Source of the DNA: Schmidtea nova
Taxonomy: Eukaryota
Reading direction: 5' to 3'
Assembly: GCA_044892505.1 (NCBI GenBank)
Contig: CM097882.1
Coordinates: 172,484,001 to 172,548,000, forward strand
DNA: 64,000 nucleotides
In this document: positions 56,401 through 63,559 of the stretch, piece after piece
Position numbering within the stretch: the stretch's first letter is position 1
Layout of the letters: each line of letters starts with the position of its first letter
Translations under genes and position numbers: made by a program
The notes under the pieces: generated by a model
The model's database searches: none
Seen by the model: only the letters and a program-made list of their open reading frames with translations
What the model was told of the DNA's origin: nothing

Positions 56401-59400
56401 ATTATCCCCAACTTGATTTACAGTCTCGACATGATATATGCCATACTCCTCCTCGTTATCAGATATATAATTCATTACCTTAGTTTCTTTTGAGAGCTGG
56501 GTCGATCGGCACACTTTTGCCAGATGGTTTCTTTTCCCACATAGTTTGCATTCTTTATTGAATGCTGGACATTGTTTTTTCTTGTGATTCGATCCGCAAA
56601 ATTTGCAGTTTGTAACAGTTTCATGGGTTGACTTTTGCTTTGAAAAGTTTATCTCGAATTCTTTATCTCCTACAATGTCTGTGATATTTTCTTCGCCTTT
56701 GATGAATAATTGTATTTGTTCTATGTTCTGAATAATGTTCTGGATCTCGTGAATTGATTTGCAATTGTTCTGACATTGTATGAAAACCTTCTCTTGTGTT
56801 GCTTTGTCCCGAATTCCTGTCAATACTGCTATTTTTAACATCTCCTCTGTGGGGTCGATTACATTCTTTAACTGCCCGAATTCACAGAATCGTGCCCTTG
56901 TCTTTAGTCTTGTGACAAAATCGGCTATTGATTCGTTGGCTATTTGCTTTGTCATATAGAACTTTGTTCTCTCCGCAATAACCAGTCTTCTTTTTGGTTC
57001 AAGATACTGCAACAGGGCTTTGTGAAATTTCTCGAATTCCATTTCTTCAATCTTCTCGGGTTCCACAATTGTCTGAGTGTTCATTAAGGCTTTAATTCCG
57101 CAACTGGCCATGAAATTGATTGTCGAAATTCTGCCACTGTCTTCTGATGTTGACAGGTTGCATCTCGATATAGCTGAAAATGCTAGGAGCCAGCATTTGG
57201 CTTCTTCTGCGCATTGCAGGTTTAATTCTCTTAACCTGTGCTGTGACGCTGTTGTTATGAAGTACTGAATACTAGAAACTAGTTAAATTCAAATATTTAT
57301 TAAACATAAAATTTTAGTTATTAAAACAACTTTAAATTAAAGATTGATTTAATATATATATATATATAACAAAAACTAAATAAGTTTATTTTTTCACTTA
57401 ATATAATTAAATTTAAGGGGTACGAGAATATTCTTTGAAAATTTTAGGGGTGTCGGTAGCGAAACGGTTAAGAACCACTGCCATAAATTCTAAATTTACT
57501 GATTAATTTTTGTCGAATTAATCAGTATAAAGATTTTGATAAATAGAGTTTTAGGATATTTTATTATTGGAGTAAATTATATCTTCATGAATATAGGGAT
57601 CTTGAACTAAAAAGACAACGACTGTCCGTTGGACTGGATAAACTTGAAGACACTGCAAAGCAAATTAAACTGCTGAATGCTAAAGTGGCAGAGCAAAAAT
57701 TAATTGTTGAAGAGAAAACAATATCGTGTGAACGATTAATGGTTGAAATAAACGCTTCGACAGAAGAAGCTACAATAAAAAAGAAACTAGCGCAAGAAAA
57801 ATCGGTAGAAATTACTCAACAATCTAAAGTGATTACAAAGGAAAAGGTTAAGATTTTATATTAGCAATTTAAAATTATTTATGAATTATTTTCAGGGCGA
57901 AGCAGAAGAGGCTTTGAGTTTGGCAATGCCAGCTCTTGAAGCTGCTAAGCGAGCATTAGATGAGCTGGATAAAAATGATGTAACTGAAATACGAGCCTTT
58001 GCGACTCCTCCAAAAGCTGTTCAGATAGTTGGTGAACTACTTTGTTTGGTATTACAATCTGGAGAGATTAGTTGGAAATCAGCTAGAGGATTAATGGCAG
58101 ATGCTAATTTTATTAAAGAACTTCAAACTCTAGATGTAGAAGCAATTCCACTGAAGAATATCAATGCTGTCAAAGGTGTTCATTAATGAATATTTAAAAC
58201 GTTCGCAGTATATTAAATTAATAATTAAACATTCTATTTAAATTCTCTTTTGAAAAAATAACTGGAATACAAAACAGACTTTTTATATATTTGTCACAAG
58301 CAGCTCTCTCTCTTCTTCCGTTATGAATACTTCAGCAAAGGGTCCAGATTGTCGGAAAATAAAGTAGTGACATATCTCATAGTTATCCTTTATCACAACT
58401 AGCTAATAGTCGGTATCATAGTTTGGCTTTAAAAATCGCCATTTAATTACATAATTAGTTTTTATTATTTTTCTTTGAGAGTGATGCCTTTGCAGTGTTT
58501 TACCTCGTGCATTCTTTTGTCATACCAGTTTTCTTGGAATATAATCTTTTATAATACAAGTATGTGTGTAAACCCACGCACGAGTCATAAAAAGCTATTA
58601 TCCTAAAAATTTAAATTTGGTCTTAATTAACAGCAAAAGTCAACCCTAATGCAATGATGTTATTTTTTGGAATTCAAATTTCATCTTGATAAATTGAAAT
58701 ATTTGAGAAAAATAGCAAATTTGCAATGAAAATCTTAAACATTTGCTATGGCATTGTTTCATTTGTAACGACCTTTTGTCCGAGCTGTTAAAGGCCCGAA
58801 TTGTCATGTGGCCCAGATCTCAGGGAACCTTTAATTTTATGGTAGTTTAAATATAAATAAACTTAATGAATATTGGAACAATATTTTCACTATCTTAGTC
58901 ATTAGGAGGAACCTCCGAGGAGTCGATATTTTCTACATTTTGTTGAGGATACCTAAATTCAAAATAAGATAATAAATAAACAAAACTACTTGGGGGAAAA
59001 TTGTCATGGGGAATGACACGATTGATTGGAGCCTGGGTAAGAAAACGGAAATAAAAAGGAATGAGAAATGAGAAGGGGAAACAAAAGAAAAGAAATCAGA
59101 CAAGCGAAACGAAATAGAGGTCAGCACTAATTAACTAGTGCAAATAGGAAGAAATTCTAAAGTTGGGATAAACAAAAACAACAACAAGAATTTTATCTTG
59201 ACAACCGGTCAGAGATAATGTGGGCAAAAAGCAAACAAGTCGGAGCGGCAAAAAGGAGAAAAACAGAGGTTATCTTGACAGCTGTCAAAGATAACTCCGT
59301 TTCTGAGAAAATGAATGAGAAATCATGTTGGAAAAATGGAACAACAGCTGATAATTTTAAGTGCTACAAAGTGAAGAAGTATAAAAGGAGGAAGCACCTC

Positions 59401-61630
59401 AGAAGAAAAAACACAACATTATATACAGAAGTTGTTAGAGAAAAATTGTAGCCAGAATATTTGAGAGACAACGTTTGAGACAGAACATTTGAGAGAACAT
59501 ATTTTGCGGAGAATATTTGCGTTTATAGACTGAAGTCAGAGGAAAACAGGAGAAATCTGAAGCAGGAAAACGTCCAGAGAAAGTTAAAGAAGAGTCAAAA
59601 GGAGAATCCAATAATTGAAACCAGAAACTAAGGGTTAAGCAACCGGAGCTTATTCAATCGTTTGAGAAAATAAAGCTAGTAAAATTCAGCGAGTAAATCC
59701 AAGTCAAATAAAAAAAAACAACCAGCCAAATTACCAACTGTTATACTCCCCAGCAGTGAGTGATTTCGAACATCGATTATACACTAGTGCTATTCTTCAC
59801 TATAGTGTCGTAATAAGCACTGTATAATCAGCTGTAGTTTGAATTTGGCCAGTTCATTGTAAATCGAAGTTATTTGTGATAATCAAAATTTACCTGCTGT
59901 CAGTTGTTATTGTGGGTCAATTAAAAGCACGTTTGGAGTCAGGGTAATAATTTGGTAATTATAAAGTCACCAACGACCCAATAACCCAACAATTTGTATA
60001 ATAAACAGCCATAGAAGAATATATCTAATTAATTAATGTTATTTTGATTATATTTTATGTGCATTCTATTACATTTTGATTGTGTTAAGTCAATGAACTA
60101 TTTAAATTTATGTCATAATTGTCAGGACACGAATAAACAACAGTTTTATTACCAGGTAAAGTAATTTTTTTACTAGGTGAAAATTTAACTTCAAATTTGT
60201 TGTTGGCTCCATCTGCGTATCTTCTTGGCGACCCTTCCAAAAAAAATTTCGTCGTGTGATAATTGTTAGATGGATCAGATTTGTGAATAACGGACTCGTA
60301 GCGAAACGGAAAACTATCTTGAGGCGATACAAAATTTATAATTTCTTTTGAGATTCATTATACTTATATTTTTTAATCTGTTTTTTTAATATTATCAGAT
60401 TTATTTTCTTTTTTTAATTTTAGCTTTCAAATTCCTTAAGATATCCAGGCAATTGATTATCAATATTTTTTTTCATTTCATATTTTCAAATCCCTATAGA
60501 AATTAGTTACTATAGGAAACGAATTTTAGTCTTTTTAAATTAAATTAAAATTTTATATCTAATTTTACTGACTAGAAATAAAACAATAAAGAGGGGGTCA
60601 CCATGTCCCAAAACTAGCAAATATAATAAAAATTGAACCTTTAGATAGATATTTTTTGGTCCGTCTCTTAAAAATATTGCCCACCACAAAGGCTGTCAAA
60701 AATTTTGAAGACATGTACCATGTACTCGTTCACCCAACGATGGGGTACCGAATACTCATTGACAGCGTTACCCACCACTGACCTAAAGTAATGAAATAAT
60801 ACGTTTCTATCTAATGCATAATTTTTCATATATTGTAATTTTTCCAATTGTATTTCATATAGATCTTGCTGGTCTTAATTTTCAAGTAATTTAAATCAGA
60901 AAATTTTAAATAATAGTTTTAAATAATAAAGCATTATTTGTTAGAAATTTAACTACTTCCCAGTTATGGGAAATTTAATAAAAACTAATTTTAAATTGTA
61001 GCAAGTCATTTATTGAATGTTTGTATAACAAATAAACAGATACTATGGCAAAGAGGAAATTGACATATGAAGATGTCAGATCTGCTAGTAAAGCAGGTGG
61101 AGGGTTTCTTAAATTCATAATCTCGGTACTTGGATTCTATGATGTTGCTCGAGAAATAAAACCTAAAAGAGAACGAGTGAAAATGCTGGAAAGAGAGTTT
61201 AATAAAGCAAAAAAAGAATTAGAACGACTTCAAGAAGAAGTTCAAAGATTAGAAGATCAGCTAAAAGCATTAAGAAAACAATTTGATGATGCTCAAGATG
61301 AAATGGAGAGATTAAATAAAGAAATGGCAATAATGCAACGACAATTATTAGCAGCAGAAAAATTAACTACAGGATTGGCATCAGAAAAACAAAGGTTTCA
61401 TCTTTTCCCATTTTTCCTCTATATATATATTTTTTTTTATTTATAGATGGATCAGTGATGTAGCTGGTTTTCAAGAGGAGAGGGTAAATTTATTAGGAGA
61501 TTGTTTAATCGCATCGGCATTTCTCAGTTATTTGGGACCGTTCACTTATGAATATCGTCACAACTTAATTGAAAATTCCTGGCTTGAAAGTTTACGAAGC
61601 ATAAATATTCCATTAAGTAAAAATTACAAG
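9302..61630 (+). CDS. DNAH10: Axonemal dynein heavy chain, DNAH10-like (partial; 20 exons in window, gene extends beyond both ends)
   Basis: Spliced exons give 2 nt + 1738 codons with matching phases. P-loops GPAGTGKT (AAA1), GPTCGGKS (AAA2), GDTGTSKT (AAA3), AVSGSGKR (AAA4); stalk coiled coils. Sequence such as [18 protein letters not shown] and [14 protein letters not shown] is close to DNAH10 as I recall it; paralog call needs a phylogeny. Confidence 0.9.
9588..9771 (+). CDS. DNAH10: Dynein exon 2 (after 42-bp intron)
   Basis: [18 protein letters not shown]...[17 protein letters not shown]; phase matches exon 1. Confidence 0.88.
10060..10440 (-). pseudogene. Ty3/gypsy integrase C-terminal remnant
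   Basis: FSPLEIVYD...[10 protein letters not shown]...[20 protein letters not shown] on -, with stops. Confidence 0.65.
10441..10632 (+). mobile_element. Solo-LTR-like element, CGGAGGCACTACA family copy 1
   Basis: TGTAG...CTACA termini; 5-bp TSD ATCAT (10436-10440, 10633-10637); internal 27-bp repeat x3. Confidence 0.75.
10673..11388 (-). mobile_element. Solo-LTR-like element, CGGAGGCACTACA family copy 2
   Basis: TGTAG...CTACA termini; 5-bp TSD AAATC (10668-10672, 11389-11393); contains (TA)n and a 33/34-bp minisatellite. Confidence 0.8.
10805..11265. repeat. Minisatellite, about 14 units of 33-34 bp in two subtypes
   Basis: Units TTTGAAATCCAAACGCAAGCAATTTACAATAAA and TTTGAAATCCAAAACTCAAGAAATTTATAATTGA; no spacers. 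Confidence 0.95.
11760..11894 (+). CDS. DNAH10: Dynein exon 3 (AAA1 Walker A); GC donor
   Basis: [30 protein letters not shown]...GEGMDYK|GCATGC. Confidence 0.88.
12750..13250 (+). pseudogene. Degenerate hAT (ZMYM1-like) transposase remnant
   Basis: [28 protein letters not shown] resembles the LALRGH...GNF motif. Confidence 0.45.
13323..13910. other. Assembly gap (588 N)
   Basis: Run of N. Confidence 1.
14267..14419 (+). CDS. DNAH10: Dynein exon 4 (AAA1 Walker B)
   Basis: TTTCAG|[24 protein letters not shown]...LVTFS|GTAAGT. Confidence 0.92.
14495..14683 (+). CDS. DNAH10: Dynein exon 5
   Basis: FEGQEIKLL...[23 protein letters not shown]...FLSAK; follows a 75-bp intron. Confidence 0.92.
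14739..15077 (+). CDS. DNAH10: Dynein exon 6
   Basis: [10 protein letters not shown]...[19 protein letters not shown]...VLPSQ; follows a 55-bp intron. Confidence 0.92.
15400..16720 (+). pseudogene. Degenerate Ty3/gypsy gag-protease remnant
   Basis: [17 protein letters not shown]...VKVFIRGV (gag motif), decayed knuckle- and protease-like segments; many stops. Confidence 0.55.
17181..17850 (+). mobile_element. piggyBac (PGBD4-like) 5' fragment
   Basis: TTAA at 17177-17180 then CACATTG terminus; acidic N-terminus (ORF 17375-17761) and [20 protein letters not shown]. Confidence 0.8.
18316..19456. mobile_element. pogo/Tc1-type MITE containing a large palindrome
   Basis: TA-flanked imperfect TIRs CACTAGCCCTCGATTTGCAC / TACTTTGCCCTCAATTTACAC; GATTTACACG subterminal repeats. 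Confidence 0.6.
18498..19329. repeat. Near-perfect AT-rich palindrome (~290-bp arms) with ~220-bp direct duplication
   Basis: 18498-18800 inverted against 19040-19329; 18579-18800 repeated at 18825-19045. Confidence 0.92.
19565..19683 (+). CDS. DNAH10: Dynein exon 7 (AAA2 P-loop)
   Basis: [31 protein letters not shown]; absent from the ORF track because it is short. Confidence 0.92.
19806..19992. repeat. Foldback/MITE-like inverted repeat
   Basis: ATGTCAAACTTTGTAACATTG... versus ...CAATGTTACAAAGTTTGACAT; imperfect arms of roughly 80 bp. Confidence 0.8.
20153..20454. mobile_element. piggyBac-derived MITE (302 bp)
   Basis: TTAA on both sides; 14-bp TIR CACGTTCGTGGACA / CACGTTGGCGGACA, similar to the ends of the 45735-48000 piggyBac. 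Confidence 0.85.
20500..21000 (-). pseudogene. Possible gypsy RNase H remnant
   Basis: PIGFQSR...[12 protein letters not shown] resembles PIAFASR...EKE.LAIVW. Confidence 0.4.
21285..22659 (-). mobile_element. Tc1-like transposon with ~120-bp imperfect TIRs, defective
   Basis: TIR CCCGACCTACCAAA(A)GTCTCCAGTC...GAACAGCAATGGGAACAAA at both ends; [31 protein letters not shown]; stops and internal deletion. Confidence 0.9.
22838..23234 (+). CDS. DNAH10: Dynein exon 8 (AAA2)
   Basis: [28 protein letters not shown]...[25 protein letters not shown]...VSRCGMVY. Confidence 0.93.
23700..25020 (-). mobile_element. Non-LTR retrotransposon RT remnant (R2/NeSL-like RLE clade suspected)
   Basis: [12 protein letters not shown]...[34 protein letters not shown] (decayed YADD). 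Confidence 0.75.
25112..25532 (+). CDS. DNAH10: Dynein exon 9
   Basis: [11 protein letters not shown]...[24 protein letters not shown]; AG acceptor and GT donor in phase. Confidence 0.9.
25678..27523. mobile_element. Non-autonomous Tc1/IS630-type element A1, interrupted by element B1
   Basis: TA|CACCGTTAACGATGAC start; 25678-25843 plus 27355-27500 is an inverted copy of 28480-28794. Confidence 0.75.
25844..27354 (-). mobile_element. Tc1/IS630-type element B1, internally deleted
   Basis: 24-bp TIR CACC(C/T)GGTTTCAAGCATTAAAAAT with TA duplication; remnant [20 protein letters not shown] fused to [12 protein letters not shown] (26426-26461). Confidence 0.9.
27590..28794 (-). mobile_element. Tc1/IS630-type element A2 with HTH ORF
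   Basis: TA-flanked ~33-bp TIR CACCGTATAACGATGAC; ORF 27886-28143 encodes a Tc1-type HTH. Confidence 0.82.
29034..29858. mobile_element. B-family MITE (inverted relative to B1)
   Basis: TA-flanked CAATCGTTTCA / CAGTGTTTCA ends; internal similarity to 25844-26760 in reverse. Confidence 0.7.
30929..30957 (+). mobile_element. Possible Helitron 3' terminus
   Basis: CACGGGCGAAGAAGGGTAAAGCAGCTAG|T resembles the GC-rich subterminal hairpin plus CTAG end; 5' end not located. Confidence 0.45.
31106..34714. mobile_element. B-family element with ~2.6 kb internal insertion
   Basis: TA-flanked degenerate TIRs; 31106-31380 similar to 25844-26100 and 34010-34714 similar to B1 internal/right sequence. The two halves could belong to two copies. 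Confidence 0.6.
32941..33213 (+). CDS. Intact 90-aa coiled-coil ORF of unknown function inside an inserted element
   Basis: GC-richer open frame in AT-rich DNA; TTTAATCTAG acceptor-like sequence immediately before the ATG. Confidence 0.4.
   Translation: MEAKIDEILRRTTEHAQSNWRIGVRLAYMEEERKVNSDVLREMTLRMEKFRSRCRSMEATWTNNEDEDKLKKQIQGLQQQTAEDAMQFSP
35204..35475 (+). mobile_element. Solo-LTR-like element, CGGAGGCACTACA family copy 3
   Basis: GGGGTTGCAACTTTC start shared with copy 2; about (TA)23 at 35412-35457; ends TGTGACGGAGGCACTACA; TSD ambiguous. Confidence 0.7.
36448..36878 (+). CDS. DNAH10: Dynein exon 10 (AAA3 P-loop)
   Basis: SLFDY...EILVPT...[10 protein letters not shown]...INFSSCT...FIDDMNMP. 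Confidence 0.93.
37726..38051 (+). CDS. DNAH10: Dynein exon 11
   Basis: [19 protein letters not shown]...[10 protein letters not shown]. Confidence 0.93.
38340..38820 (+). pseudogene. HSP90: HSP90 N-terminal (ATPase domain) pseudogene fragment
   Basis: [77 protein letters not shown] are collinear with cytosolic HSP90; several frameshifts and stops. Confidence 0.9.
42439..42900 (+). pseudogene. Accessory ORF-A (unknown function), disrupted
   Basis: ATG at 42439 after a TTTTCAAACAG acceptor-like site; two stops and two frameshifts; conserved P..SLH...WHG...PI...RDY block. Confidence 0.6.
43240..43593 (+). CDS. Accessory ORF-B, intact 117 aa, unknown function
   Basis: Open ATG-to-stop frame; coiled-coil-like N-half, NNCR...I.PITL..W block, Lys/Arg-rich tail; homolog at 900-1340 (-). 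Confidence 0.7.
   Translation: MSSEKGLIAKLKRRILDLEESYFAPAEMKVVHERLQRARKMIEDQRVELEATRIETNNCRRVITQNFVDAQLSGLIRPITLEKWFPELPREESTIKVPKKSSKPKPKNRRKSHTQRR
44414..44621 (+). CDS. DNAH10: Dynein exon 12
   Basis: [23 protein letters not shown]...[14 protein letters not shown]. Confidence 0.93.
45119..45445. mobile_element. pogo/Tigger-type MITE
   Basis: TA|CAGTCAAACCTCGGTTTTCC ... GAAAATGAGTTTTAACTG|TA imperfect TIRs. Confidence 0.65.
45735..48000 (-). mobile_element. Full-length piggyBac transposon, transposase frameshifted
   Basis: TTAA TSD (45731-45734, 48001-48004); TIR CACGTT(C/T)GCGG; [38 protein letters not shown]; C-terminal Cys-rich domain at ~46060-46190. Confidence 0.95.
48082..48246 (+). 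CDS. DNAH10: Dynein exon 13
   Basis: KILLDIL...PILYGDY...[10 protein letters not shown]...FFQE|GTGAAT. Confidence 0.9.
48292..48616 (+). CDS. DNAH10: Dynein exon 14 (AAA4 P-loop)
   Basis: [11 protein letters not shown]...[21 protein letters not shown]; follows a 45-bp intron. Confidence 0.93.
48662..48990 (+). CDS. DNAH10: Dynein exon 15
   Basis: [13 protein letters not shown]...[23 protein letters not shown]...[12 protein letters not shown]; follows a 45-bp intron. Confidence 0.93.
49040..52315 (-). mobile_element. Ty3/gypsy LTR retrotransposon, 3'-truncated
   Basis: 5' LTR 52315-52159 (TG...CA, 157 bp); gag with two CCHC knuckles, protease LIDSG, RT ([13 protein letters not shown]), RNase H (WCDAS), integrase (LALDV, LMDNG); no 3' LTR found. 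Confidence 0.92.
52369..52550 (+). CDS. DNAH10: Dynein exon 16
   Basis: NPLIP...[24 protein letters not shown]; phase joins exons 15 and 17; absent from the ORF track. Confidence 0.9.
52949..53105. mobile_element. hAT (Charlie-like) MITE, 157 bp
   Basis: TIR CAGCGGTTCTCAAA; perfect 8-bp TSD TATTAGAT. Confidence 0.92.
53143..57480. mobile_element. hAT (Charlie-like) MITE split by the gypsy insertion
   Basis: Ends CACGTGATTCTTAACC / GGTTAAGAACCACTG; TSD not clean. Confidence 0.6.
53417..57371 (-). mobile_element. Complete compact Ty3/gypsy (Mag/K02A2.6-like) retrotransposon, 3955 bp
   Basis: LTRs 53417-53527 and 57253-57371 differ by 1 substitution and 8 nt of TA repeat; PPT GAGAAGGAGA; gag CCHC, protease QLDTGA, RT YQDD, RNase H TDAS, integrase; frameshifts present. 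Confidence 0.95.
57597..57846 (+). CDS. DNAH10: Dynein exon 17 (stalk CC1)
   Basis: [18 protein letters not shown]...; absent from the ORF track. Confidence 0.9.
57896..58175 (+). CDS. DNAH10: Dynein exon 18 (MTBD)
   Basis: [30 protein letters not shown]; follows a 49-bp intron. Confidence 0.92.
58764..59991 (+). mobile_element. Putative solo LTR (~1.2 kb)
   Basis: TGTAAC...CCAACA termini; purine-rich segment, TATAAAA near 59380, AATAAA near 59670; TSD not clean. Confidence 0.5.
61040..61394 (+). CDS. DNAH10: Dynein exon 19 (stalk CC2)
   Basis: [11 protein letters not shown]...[14 protein letters not shown]...[11 protein letters not shown]. Confidence 0.92.
61447..61630 (+). CDS. DNAH10: Dynein exon 20
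   Basis: W...[23 protein letters not shown]; follows a 52-bp intron; GTTAG donor. Confidence 0.92.
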
Positions 61631-61759
61631 GTTAGAACAAAGTTTACACAATAAATATTGAAGAAACTTAAAGTAAATTAATTAAATAAAATGATTTTAT
61701 ATTTATTTTTAAAATATTTAAAATATACTTTACATTTACATCATCTCTATTGATATATC

Positions 61760-62386
61760 TGTTACGGTTAAAGCATCAACTTAGTCAATGTATACACCCA
61801 CTAGCTAAAGTATACTTTAACTAAACTAATCAGAGAAAGTATACATAAATAAATTTATGAATACTTCCACTAGTTAGTGTATGCACCTTCTACTGTAGAT
61901 AAGTTAAAGTATTTCAATTATTTGTTTATTGTATACTGTCATATATGATAAAATATTAATTTGTTCAAATTTAGTTTTATTTTAATTTAAAAGAAAATAC
62001 AGAATTATAGCCTAGTTGTTTCATAGTTTTCTAAAAATAATATATGTATTTTCGTAAAAAACGATTTTCATGATATTTTTATCCGAGAAAATATCATTAA
62101 TAAATTAGTGTTTTTATCATAATCTTTTTCATAAATTTCGCAAGATTTCTATTTGCAGTAGACACAACTAGCACAAGTCTTTAAAATTTTGAGGTTAGAA
62201 TCATTCAACTAATACTATCACTAATGCGAATCAGAGGGTGTATACACTCACTAGTTAATGAATGCATTGACTAGATACAGTATGTATCATTTGAAATAAT
62301 GTATACTTTCACTAAAACAACAAGTGAAAGCATACATCAACTAGTTTGTGTATACACTCACTTCAATTTATGCTTTAACTGTAACA
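61760..62386. mobile_element. Non-autonomous element with TGT...ACA TIRs and 4-bp TSD (Ginger-like MITE?)
   Basis: 17-bp TIR TGTTAC(G/A)GTTAAAGCAT; TATC on both flanks; repeated GTATAC/CACTAG motifs inside. Confidence 0.7.
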
Positions 62387-62639
62387 TATCCACTAAATAC
62401 TAAAATAGAATTTACTTTACTAATGATCTAAAATAAGTTTTATATCAAATTTTAAAGAAATTTATGACAGCAAAGTTTATCTAAAAAATCAGGCACGATC
62501 TTTTTAAATAGCTTTAAGAAATTCCTTGAGTTGAAAATAAAAATAAATAGAAATTATTCAATGTGGCCAAGGATGTCCAACATTATTAATAAGATCATGC
62601 TCACGGAATATTAAAATATCACATAGTTTCAAAACACAT

Positions 62640-62953
62640 TGTAGTAACTCTGAAATAAATTACTATCGATAATAAACATTTATTTAAATAAAAATGTCTG
62701 CGCTGCGATTTGAATTGCTTCCTTCTTCATATTGAATAAAACTGCTATTTTTGAATTTGAATTTGCTTGCTGCTTAATATTGAATAAAACTACTATTTTG
62801 AATCTGAATTTGCTTGCTGCTTGATATAGAATAAAACTGCCATTTTGAATCTGCTGCTTTACTTTTGAGTTTTGTAAAAGTCGGTTTATTTTTTTAATTC
62901 TCTCTTCTTTTTGTAAATTTAAACAACTCTGATTAATATTTTTGTACATAACT
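62640..62953 (+). mobile_element. Probable copy 4 of the solo-LTR-like family, running into the gap
   Basis: TGTAG start; CTCT.AAA...CGATAATA...ACATTTATTTAAA shared with copies 2 and 3; ~47-bp repeat x2.7 at 62732-62858. Confidence 0.55.
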
Positions 62954-63127
62954 NNNNNNNNNNNNNNNNNNNNNNNNNNNNNNNNNNNNNNNNNNNNNNN
63001 NNNNNNNNNNNNNNNNNNNNNNNNNNNNNNNNNNNNNNNNNNNNNNNNNNNNNNNNNNNNNNNNNNNNNNNNNNNNNNNNNNNNNNNNNNNNNNNNNNNN
63101 NNNNNNNNNNNNNNNNNNNNNNNNNNN
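62954..63127. other. Assembly gap (174 N)
   Basis: Run of N. Confidence 1.
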
Positions 63128-63559
63128 AAATTGTTGAAACGTTTATGTGCTCTCGGTATTTTCAATATGAACCTTTGTTATCAATAAAAGGAAACCGTAA
63201 TTTATACAGGAAAAAATGGATATTTAATGATTTAAATTGGTCATAGAATTTTTTATGGAAAAAATGATCTTTTATTTAATTAATTAAATATAAAAAATAA
63301 TTTTGACATAAATGATAATATAATTTATAATTAATTCTGTTATTTTAATAAATATTAATATAAAATAAATAAATATTTATATGAGTAATATAAATATTAA
63401 AGTAATAAGTTATAAAAATATTAATAACACTTAAATTATTTAAAAGTATAAAATGTAAGAAAATTTAATTAGACTTTAATCATATTGAAAACTGTAAAAA
63501 ACATTTCATCTCTGTTATTGAAAAAATAGCAAAACTCTTTTAAAAATGCACCTCTTAAA

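Noticed and set aside
49949-57268. Numerous plus-strand ORFs over the two gypsy elements
   Set aside because: Antisense frames of gag-pol with no independent signal.
57555-57596. Alternative upstream acceptor extending dynein exon 17 ([14 protein letters not shown])
   Set aside because: Exon 16 already supplies this region, and its phase-2 end joins 57597 correctly.
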